Below are positions 33,778 to 41,423 of a DNA stretch of 41,423 nt, one piece after another. The translations under genes and the position numbers were made by a program. Every line of letters starts with the position of its first letter. The first letter of the stretch is position 1. The DNA is from a virus (lineage: Duplodnaviria > Caudoviricetes): the IMG/VR virus record IMGVR_UViG_3300017655_000068, positions 1 through 41,423 of that record. One strand, given 5' to 3'. Under the pieces are notes generated by a model, which did not search any database, had not been told where the DNA came from, and saw only the letters and a program-made list of their open reading frames with translations.

Positions 33778-35906
33778 CTAACCCCACCTTTCCGATAATT
33801 TAACCTTGTTACCGCCGTAACGGTCGTAGTCGTTATACGTTACATGTACGAGTTCCTTACCGTTGATACTTATTGACGTATCTTTGTGTAACAATTGTTC
33901 GAGTAGCGCTTCGACTCTTCGCATGCTTACGCCTTCGGAATTGCTTTGCGATTGTCTTGCCGGAATTGGTTGCGCCGTATAATTTGCAGAAGGTTTCGGT
34001 ATTTCCGGCATAGCTGCATCAACAACGGAACCCGCCGCCTTGCTTACCGAATCCATACTTCCGAGCATTCCGTCGGCTATCCCCGGAGGAATCCAACGTC
34101 CAATTTCCTTATTCATGACTCGCGACGGTGAATTAATGTCGAACGCACCTTTTATCGTATCTGTTACGCTCGATGCGATAGATTTCGCTTTATCCATCAA
34201 CGAACCCATCATCGAACCTATACCGGTAATTAATCCCTGGATAATGTTCTTACCGACGGACACCAAGTTAATCGACGATAAGAAATTCTGCGCCGCGCTC
34301 CAACCGGACTGAATTACGCCTTTAATACCGTTCATTACGCTTGATATCGTGCTTCTCATCGCATTGAATCCGCTCGTAATAAACGACTTTATTCCGTTAA
34401 TGACCGACGATATAACCGATCTGATACCGTTCCATACCGAAGTAATTACGCTCCGAATCGTTCCTAGCGTGTTGGTTACGAATGACTTAATAAAGTTAAA
34501 TCCGGACGTTATCGCGTTTCTGACCGCTCCGATTGACGCGGTAAAGACGGTCTTGATTACGTTCCATAAATTCGTTATCTGCGACTTCATTCCCGAAGCG
34601 AATATCTTGACCGCTCCGACAATCTTTCCGATAAACATTACGGAAATTAAGTTCCAAACGAACTGAACCGCCCCTCCGATGATTTGCTTGATTGCGTCCC
34701 ATAGCGCCGACCAGTTTCCGGTAAATAGCGCCGCGAACGCTTTGATTACGCCCATAATCACGTTGAGTGCTCCGTTGATTACGCCTTTTATCGCTTCCCA
34801 TGTCGATATAATAAGGAATTGAATAACCGGCCATATCGCTTGCATTACCGACCAAATAACGTTCATGACCGTCGATATAATCGTGCTTATTACGTTCCAA
34901 ACGTTAGTCGCCGCTTGCATAATCATCGCGCCATTTTCGTCCCAAAACGCTTTAATTTGCGCTAGTTTTTCGCCGATAAACGCGCTTACCGTAGTCATTA
35001 CCGTTTGTACGATTCCTTTAATAAACGTTAACGCCGTATTAAATGCGGTCTTAATCGCTTCCCACGCCGTATTAACCATATTCCGGAACCATTCGACCTT
35101 CTTATACGCCACAACAAGACCAACGCCAATTCCGACTATTGCTGCGATAACTAACGCTACGATTCCAATAATAGGCAATATCGAAGCTATAAACGGTAAT
35201 ACTGTCGCCGTTAGTACCGTAAAGCCTGCCGCTATCATCGGTAATATTCCGACCAGTAACAATAACGGACCGACAACTAATAACGCTACCGCGGTCAATG
35301 CCGCCACTATCGTAATTGTCGACTGTACTGACGATGGAAGTCCGTTGAACCAGTTGATTAACGTAGTTAATGCGTTCGTTACCGCTTGAATAGCCGGCGT
35401 AAGCGCGGTTCCCATCGAAATCATAAGCGTTTCAAATGCTCCGCCCAATTGTTCGACAGCGCCTTTTAAGTTATCTTTCATCGCGGTTGCCGTCTTTTGC
35501 GCCGACCCTTCGGAGTTTTCCAGTTCTTCCGTAAACTTCCGCAACTTTTCGGGCCCAGCGTCAATTACCGTTAACATACCGCTCGCCGCTTCCGCTCCGA
35601 ATATCGTCGATAATGCCGCTAGTTTAGCCGCGTTACCCATTCCGTCGGTGCTTTCCGCTAGTTGCTGTATAATATTATCGAACGGAAGCATATCGCCGTT
35701 AGCGTCTTTGAGCGTAAGTCCGAGGTCTGCGATAGCTTTCGCCGCTTCATTCGGTGGATCGGATAATCGGATTAACGCCATTCTTAGCGTTGTACCGGCT
35801 TGTTCACCCTGCATACCGGCATCTGTCATGATCCCCGTTGCTGCCGCTAATGTTTCCATCGATATTCCGAGTGTGTTTGCCAAAGGTGCAGCGTATTTAA
35901 ATGCAT
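33778..35906 (-). CDS. Tape measure protein, exon 2
   Basis: (Y)AFKYAAPLANTLG...; Trp/Phe-periodic repeats; spliced product 888 aa. Confidence 0.92.
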
Positions 35907-37281
35907 CAATATGTTATCCTACCGACATTTAATCTGGTAGTTCTTATAGTTTCCTATAAGTTCAGACTATATCTTCACCTACAGCATATCTGTTTAGGTG
36001 GCAAGCGCTCTTGGGTCTTTACTGTCCTCGACTCTACGTTAGGACTCCTTGACCTAGTCGTTACACCTTCCGTTTATTTCTAAACGGCTTGGCTCGGTAT
36101 TAACGTACTTTTGGCGAATTAAAAAGACCTATGAAGTACATAGGTCTAGATTTCTAATAAAGTCATTCAATATATCGTTAATATTGTCAAACTTATAATA
36201 AGGGATGCGTAAAAGAGGGATATCATTTTTTCTGCAATATTCGGTTTTAATCGCGTCTCGCTCTTTTACTTTCTCTAGGTATTCCCGCCCTCCATAAAAC
36301 TCTTTCTCGATGAAATGTTGCTCACCATCAAACTCTATCGCTAGTTTTACCTGGTCGGTATGGAGCACAACAAAATCGAACGGGAGTGACCTAATATACC
36401 TGCAATCCTCGAAACGAAATTCTCTTTCGTACGAAATTTTATGCTTTTCTAAGTAATCTCTTATTGCGCTCTCTCCGTGAGATGCTTTGCAGTTAGGACA
36501 TCTTCTTCCTCTTAAGAATTTGTCAGGATTCACTTTATATACATAACCACAAATGTTATGTTTTATATCTAATTTAGTTTTATTAGTAACATAACTACCT
36601 AACACGACATACTCATCGCCCACTATGTTATACACTTCTTCCTTAAATTGTGTTGTGTCTTTTTTAACATTATTTCCAAAACAAAAAGGACACCTACTAT
36701 TTTTACTAATAATGTTGTTTGGAGTGGCGCTGAAAACTTTCTCGCATGTATCGTGTCTTATCGTAACCTTTTCGTTTGATTTAGTGTACTTCGTTAATAG
36801 AGTATAGTCAGGTAGGTTGTTTATAAAGAAATCATCAAAATCCTTCGGCTCGTTTCTTTTAAATTCTCCACTACAATCATTACTACAAAAATCTTGTTTC
36901 TTAGTTGCAGAAAAGGTATTACCACACTGTTTACATGAGTATGTGTGAAATTCTTTTCTTTGTGCTTTTCTGCATTCCTTACACTTACCTTCGTAACCAT
37001 CTTTAGTATTCTTATTCTTAGCGAATTGAGATATTTCTAACTCAACTCCACATCGTTTACATATTTTTTTCACAAAACCACTCTCCCGAAAGTAGTTTCC
37101 CGAAGTATTAAAAGTAAGGAAAGGTATTCGGGAAAACACCCTTATCACAAACGGCTCGCGACTTCCGTTGCTATCCTTATCTATAATTTATCATAAAAAT
37201 ACCTTCGCCAAAAGGTTAGTCTTCACCGAATTCACTTGCTTCTTTATGCTGCAAATTTCTTCGCAACCGGGCAGCATTTCC
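35907..37281 (-). mobile_element. Group I intron (1375 nt) in tape measure gene
   Basis: 5' splice site after GGGU with P1 partner GCCC; P GAAUUCGGUGAA, Q AAUACCGAG, R GUGUAACGACUA, S GAAGAUAUAGUCUG; terminal G; removal gives DLG-Y-AFKYAAP in frame. Confidence 0.92.
36129..37073 (-). CDS. Intron-encoded endonuclease: zinc-finger repeats plus Vsr/DUF559-like nuclease domain
   Basis: Multiple CxxC and HxxC...CPxC repeats; SHGE...LPFDF...IEFDGEQHF...LLRIPY; GTG start behind GGGAG. Confidence 0.85.
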   Translation of the reverse strand: MKKICKRCGVELEISQFAKNKNTKDGYEGKCKECRKAQRKEFHTYSCKQCGNTFSATKKQDFCSNDCSGEFKRNEPKDFDDFFINNLPDYTLLTKYTKSNEKVTIRHDTCEKVFSATPNNIISKNSRCPFCFGNNVKKDTTQFKEEVYNIVGDEYVVLGSYVTNKTKLDIKHNICGYVYKVNPDKFLRGRRCPNCKASHGESAIRDYLEKHKISYEREFRFEDCRYIRSLPFDFVVLHTDQVKLAIEFDGEQHFIEKEFYGGREYLEKVKERDAIKTEYCRKNDIPLLRIPYYKFDNINDILNDFIRNLDLCTS

Positions 37282-37819
37282 ACCCTAAGTCGTTAACATC
37301 CGCGCTCGACTTATTTGCAGTCATCGCCATAATGTCCGCAACCCTTGACGCTTCGGACGCTTCGAGTTGGAACGAATTCAACGCCGAAGCTACAACGTTA
37401 GATACTAACGCCATGTCTTCGCCTGACGCTTCCGCCGCCGCGATAATTCCGGGCATAGCCGCGATTACTTCGTTAACCTCGAATCCTTTTTTCGCCATTT
37501 CTTCCATGCCGAGCGCTACTTCACTTGCGCTTTTACTCGTACTCGCGCCGAGGTCTAACGCCGTCTGACGTAAGTCGTTTAGTTGGTCGCCTGTTGCGTT
37601 TGATACCGCCGATACTCGCGACATTTGAGCGTTAAAATCTGTCGCCGTTTTAACCGCATAACCAAGTCCGACCGCGATGCCGGCGCCTGCTGCGGTCATT
37701 CCGGCTCCTAGCGTTCCGACCGCTTGAAATGCGTTAGACGTTTCTTTATTCAGCTTCGACATTGTTTTACTGAAATCGTCGATCGCTGAGATTTTAAAGC
37801 TAATGTTGAGTCCGCTCAC
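37282..37819 (-). CDS. Tape measure protein, exon 1 (TP901-type core)
   Basis: FNAQMSRVSAVS.ATG, LGAST.KSASEVA.GM, AMPG...AAEASG. Confidence 0.92.
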
Positions 37820-38165
37820 CTAATCACCGCCTCTCCGAGAATTTCCGTTAGGTAATCGAGTTCCTTTCGTTTCTCATCAAGCGATACTACTCGACCGCTC
37901 TTTTTCGTTTGTTTCCGTTCTTTATTTCCGAGGATGTAATCTAGCGTTTTATGTTTCTTCGAATCTTTCGAACGCATCTGCATAATTACGAGGTCTGCGT
38001 TTTCATAACGCTTGGCCTCACGCTTTAACTCGTAACCGCGCATAAGATTCGAGTATTCCCTCGGCTCTAAATCGTAAAGTTGTTCCGGCATTAAATTTAA
38101 GTAAGCGAAAGCCTGCGCCTCTAATTCGTTCCAATCGTAGGAACTATCGTTAGAGGCTTCCGTTA
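37816..38165 (-). CDS. Tail assembly chaperone C-terminal extension (gpGT-like, -1 frame)
   Basis: Frame is open from the slippery site: KLTEASNDSSYDWNELEAQAFAYLNLMPEQ... Confidence 0.8.
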
Positions 38166-38172
38166 GTTTTTT
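38117..38172 (-). promoter_or_regulatory. Programmed -1 ribosomal frameshift signal
   Basis: A AAA AAC heptamer at stop of chaperone; 3' stem GCCTCTAA/TTAGAGGC with inner GTTCC/GGAAC. Confidence 0.85.
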
Positions 38173-38504
38173 TCGTCGCCCTCGCCGTTACTTTCGTTAA
38201 GTGACTTGATAATCTGCGCGCCCTCAATCGTCTCTTTCAACTTGTCGGATAAGTCCGTTATAGATACTTCTCCGCTATCTAACGCTTCATCTAGCAAGTC
38301 CTCGACCTTTTCGAAAGTTAGCGACTTATCTTTCGGCTTTAAGCATGCGTAATAAAATGCCGATAATGCTTCGAGCGATTCGAGTGTTTCCGTTTGCTTC
38401 ATAATCTTGTTAATCGGTTGTTTAAAATACGCCTCTAACGTACGCATCGATTTGTACGAAAACCGCATCTCGCGCGCCTTACCGCCTAATGTAATTTCGA
38501 CCAT
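38163..38504 (-). CDS. Tail assembly chaperone (gpG-like)
   Basis: Between major tail and tape measure genes; ends EKN at slippery site. Confidence 0.85.
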   Translation of the reverse strand: MVEITLGGKAREMRFSYKSMRTLEAYFKQPINKIMKQTETLESLEALSAFYYACLKPKDKSLTFEKVEDLLDEALDSGEVSITDLSDKLKETIEGAQIIKSLNESNGEGDEKN

Positions 38505-38526
38505 TCCGTTACCTCCTCGTTATAAA

Positions 38527-38549
38527 TAAAAAGCGAGCCGAAGCCCGCC
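38527..38549 (-). terminator. Terminator after major tail gene
   Basis: Minus GCGGGC-TTCG-GCTCGC-TTTTT. Confidence 0.75.
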
Positions 38550-38969
38550 TTACGGTGTTACGTCTGCATCAACTTTCGTATATGCGCCTTTGCCGTTTAA
38601 TGTAAGCGAGTATGTCGCAGTATCATCGTAAGGAGCTTCGACACTGAAATCGGAAATAATCGCAGAACCTTCGTAATTGTTTCCGGCTTGTGTTTGAAAT
38701 CGGCAGAATACGTACTTAGCGTTTTCGAACGCATCTTCAAGCGCTAAAAATCCGGCATCATCTTCGACTAAAAGACCGTCGGCTTCGATTGACCAAGACG
38801 CGTTACCGTATTCCTCGTCCGACCATCCCATGTTGTCCTTCGACGTAACATCGATTGTGTCGTATTCCCTCGTTAATGTTCCGCCACGTTGTCCGGCTAC
38901 TTTCGTCCATGTCGGCGTTTCTTCCGTTCCTGTGTTTACGTATAATAAAAAGTTAACTCCGCGTGCCAT
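38550..38969 (-). CDS. Major tail tube protein (TP901-1 type)
   Basis: VAGQRGGTL, IDVTSKD, WSIEADG, EAPYDD.ATYS..L.G.G. Confidence 0.9.
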   Translation of the reverse strand: MARGVNFLLYVNTGTEETPTWTKVAGQRGGTLTREYDTIDVTSKDNMGWSDEEYGNASWSIEADGLLVEDDAGFLALEDAFENAKYVFCRFQTQAGNNYEGSAIISDFSVEAPYDDTATYSLTLNGKGAYTKVDADVTP

Positions 38970-38984
38970 TAAAATTCCCCCTTT

Positions 38985-39443
38985 TTATTGTTCGAACTGT
39001 GCGCTTCCATTCCGGTAAATAGCCGGAACTTCTACGTCAAAGTAAACCTTGTGCTTATTCGTTTCGTCCGCCGTATTCTCGACCGGCATCGGAGTTACTG
39101 CGGTTACATCGCAATAAAAAAAGCCTGCGCTTGTAGGCGTAGGACCATCGGTATTAAATAACGGTATATTCGGTTGTAATAAAGCCTGGCGCATCTTCTC
39201 GGTCAACTTCGCACGTTCGGCGGTACTTCTCGCAAGCAAGCCGATTTGAAACCGATAGATAGTTTCGTAATATGCGCGTTCTTTCGCTATGACCGTCGTA
39301 TCATCTTGCATTTGTTCAACGATTGCGAACGGCTTAGTACGACCAGTTAACGTTACACCGTCATAAATCCATACGACGTCGTTTAATTCCGTTACTGTTT
39401 CGTTTAAATGTCGGATAATTGAGTATTGTATAGCGTGGAGCAT
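38985..39443 (-). CDS. Probable tail terminator/completion protein
   Basis: Position just upstream of major tail gene; size. Confidence 0.6.
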   Translation of the reverse strand: MLHAIQYSIIRHLNETVTELNDVVWIYDGVTLTGRTKPFAIVEQMQDDTTVIAKERAYYETIYRFQIGLLARSTAERAKLTEKMRQALLQPNIPLFNTDGPTPTSAGFFYCDVTAVTPMPVENTADETNKHKVYFDVEVPAIYRNGSAQFEQ

Positions 39444-39458
39444 TCGGACACCTCCCGC

Positions 39459-39830
39459 CTAGTTATCAAGTTTCTTTATTTCGGATTCAATCGCTTTTCT
39501 AAACGGCTCTCTCCGCTTCCATAACGCTTTTCGGAAATAACCTTTGCGCGACTTATGCTCGTATTCCTGGCGCTGTGCATACGGCATATTCGAGCCGATA
39601 GTCCGCGATAGTTTAACGGGCTTACCGTATAACTTAATCGAACGTTTAAGATTTCCGTCCTTTTGCGGAGCATTGTTCTTCGCATCATTGACGGTCATTA
39701 ACGCTTGCTTTTCGACGACAATATCGAGGTCATCCGCTAACCTTTTTGCACCTTCCGAACCAAGTTTGCGAAGTACCGCTTCCACTCCGTTCGCCTTTAC
39801 GGAGAATTTAACTCCGCCACTTCTCGCCAT
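39459..39830 (-). CDS. HK97 gp10-like neck protein
   Basis: AKNNAP.KDGNLKRSI, PYA..QEY, YFRKA. Confidence 0.82.
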   Translation of the reverse strand: MARSGGVKFSVKANGVEAVLRKLGSEGAKRLADDLDIVVEKQALMTVNDAKNNAPQKDGNLKRSIKLYGKPVKLSRTIGSNMPYAQRQEYEHKSRKGYFRKALWKRREPFRKAIESEIKKLDN

Positions 39831-40211
39831 CTAAACCACCTGCCTAGCGATGCATTCATAACGGTTAAGCTCGCCGATTCCCTTTTCGTCAATCGCGATA
39901 AGTTCGTATGTGACTTCGGCTCTAATAACGTTAGTAACGTCCGACAAATCTACGTCACTATTAAACGAAACTTTAACGTCGTTCTGCTGTAGTTCAACGC
40001 CAGCAACTACGGAGCGATCACCGTTCGCGACCGTCGAGTATTCCTTCCATACAACGTCGACTGTTTCCGGAGTTTCAATCATAGATGATTCTCCGGTATA
40101 CGGATCTTTAACGCCTTCTGTTACGTGTATAATTTCGATCGATTCGGTACGGTTTTGAACAAGCTCCGACCGATTCGATTTAATAAATGCGATGTCGTTT
40201 TCCGTTAACAT
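39831..40211 (-). CDS. Probable head-closure/head-tail adaptor
   Basis: DPYTGE motif, position; ATG 40211 behind GGAGG. Confidence 0.65.
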   Translation of the reverse strand: MLTENDIAFIKSNRSELVQNRTESIEIIHVTEGVKDPYTGESSMIETPETVDVVWKEYSTVANGDRSVVAGVELQQNDVKVSFNSDVDLSDVTNVIRAEVTYELIAIDEKGIGELNRYECIARQVV

Positions 40212-41023
40212 TACCGTACCTCCTCGTCGATTAATACGTAAGTGTAATGCGATGTACAATTTACGTGAGGATTGAATATTTCGGAATCTGTCGGTAAATA
40301 AACGCCGGCTCCCATTCCGTATTTATCAATCCGCTCTAACTGCGTACATCTATGTTCTGGACGATTCGCTCGCCCTCGGTGAATCTTTAATCCGCGAACG
40401 ACTTCGCTCTCTTGCGCATAATAAGCCTCGCTAACCCTCTGCGCCGTAGCACCTTCCGTAACTACTAATCTCCGAATCTTCCACGTCTCATTCTCGTAAA
40501 CTTTCCGAATCGCAGCCGTCATCGTATTAACGGAGTCACCTCGGATAATACCGCTTCGCAACGTCCGACTAAGTGCGTCTCGTTGATCTCCCGCTAAGTT
40601 CCAAACGCGATCGGATAACGTCAAGCCGTCTTCACCAAATCGGTTAACAACGTATTTCAATACACGCTCGTCAATTCGATCAAAAACTACACCGGTTAAA
40701 GCTGTCGCGCCTACTATTTCCGTCATTGCACCGCTAACCGCTGCCGTAGTTATTGCCGAAGTTTCCGAGACTATCGATTCTAACGCGATCATTCCGGTCT
40801 GCCTTACCGACTTTTCTATCGCCTCTAAGTCGCGAAGCAACGAGTTTAAGCGCCTCTTTGCGATTATGCCTTCGCTATCTGCGTACTCTGCGAGCATGTC
40901 GACGATTTCCAAGCGTACACGTCCGATTTCTTTGATTGCGAATACCTGCTGCTTGGCGTTAAGTTTTCGGTAGTCGATCGCTATCTTGGCGAGTTGTTTA
41001 TCGAGTTGTTCTTGCGTACTCAT
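40211..41023 (-). CDS. Head morphogenesis / minor capsid protein (Mu F / SPP1 gp7-like)
   Basis: LSDRVW, RLVVTE, C...GVY...PHVNC. Confidence 0.75.
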   Translation of the reverse strand: MSTQEQLDKQLAKIAIDYRKLNAKQQVFAIKEIGRVRLEIVDMLAEYADSEGIIAKRRLNSLLRDLEAIEKSVRQTGMIALESIVSETSAITTAAVSGAMTEIVGATALTGVVFDRIDERVLKYVVNRFGEDGLTLSDRVWNLAGDQRDALSRTLRSGIIRGDSVNTMTAAIRKVYENETWKIRRLVVTEGATAQRVSEAYYAQESEVVRGLKIHRGRANRPEHRCTQLERIDKYGMGAGVYLPTDSEIFNPHVNCTSHYTYVLIDEEVR

Positions 41024-41388
41024 CGGTCGCCCCTAATTAATCCGCGAAATTTAGATCCGCTAACGGACGACTTTTTGCCGTCATACTCGGATTTCAAGTC
41101 TAACGAAAGTTTACGATATTGCTCCGACACCATCGTCTTATCGACTTGTTCTTCTGCGTCGGTATACGTGAAATAATGCGCCGTGGAGATCGAGATTTGA
41201 CGTGCTCCTTCATATTGAGCGTATAAGAGGATTAACGATTCTTTATCGGACGGGACGGTTCCATTTGACGAATAACCGTGTTCAAGCATCGCCTCTTCCG
41301 TCCAGTCGGTAGCGTCTTCGATTGTAATATTAGGTACGCCCTTAAAACGTTTGAATAAACGCTGTGACAATTCGGTTAAAGTCGCCAT
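41020..41388 (-). CDS. Probable head-tail connector protein
   Basis: Position, size, AGGAGG RBS. Confidence 0.55.
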   Translation of the reverse strand: MATLTELSQRLFKRFKGVPNITIEDATDWTEEAMLEHGYSSNGTVPSDKESLILLYAQYEGARQISISTAHYFTYTDAEEQVDKTMVSEQYRKLSLDLKSEYDGKKSSVSGSKFRGLIRGDR

Positions 41389-41423
41389 ATGACCGCCTCC
41401 TATTCCGTCTTAGATTTAGCGCG

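Noticed and set aside
33946-35932. Plus-strand ORFs opposite the tape measure gene (and similar ones opposite nrdA, polA, FtsK)
   Set aside because: Antisense shadows of long genes, with no RBS or recognisable motifs
37201-37216. Third CGCCAA-loop hairpin (ACCT-TCGCCAAA-AGGT) on the plus strand
   Set aside because: Adequately explained as one arm of the intron P5 pairing with 36108-36118
33778-37819. Tape measure gene disrupted by an IS or a group II intron
   Set aside because: No transposase or reverse transcriptase and no GUGYG start; P/Q/R/S elements and terminal G indicate group I

Overview
This window is about 41 kb of a temperate Bacillaceae siphophage genome, read almost entirely on the minus strand. 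In transcription order (right to left) it carries head-tail connector, tail, tape measure, Dit/Tal/RBP, an AT-rich SGNH + acetyltransferase moron, a lysis cassette (XhlA, amidase, holin), an FtsK / replication-relaxation / pilin-like module, SOS-controlled YolD, attP, tyrosine integrase, repressor switch, replication genes (initiator, origin, DnaC, DnaB, primase), a phage sigma factor, SSB, family A DNA polymerase, thioredoxin, exonuclease, RuvC, class I RNR and PhoH. Phage genes run continuously through the att site, so this is the excised, circular or virion form rather than an integrated prophage. Main observations: (1) Two group I introns with resolvable splice sites, in the RNR beta gene (1893-2680) and the tape measure gene (35907-37281), each with a homing endonuclease whose start region appears structurally sequestered. 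(2) An attP that carries the 5' half of tRNA-Leu(CAA) with its own sigA promoter and terminator. (3) A repeated non-sigA promoter motif TTGACG-N15-CGT(A/C)TAAATAAG, one copy upstream of the phage sigma gene. (4) Several structured intergenic RNAs, including an antisense RNA candidate with a CGCCAA/UUGGCG kissing loop downstream of the sigma gene and a possible pseudoknot in the FtsK leader. All calls come from motif reading by eye; no database searches or folding programs were run.
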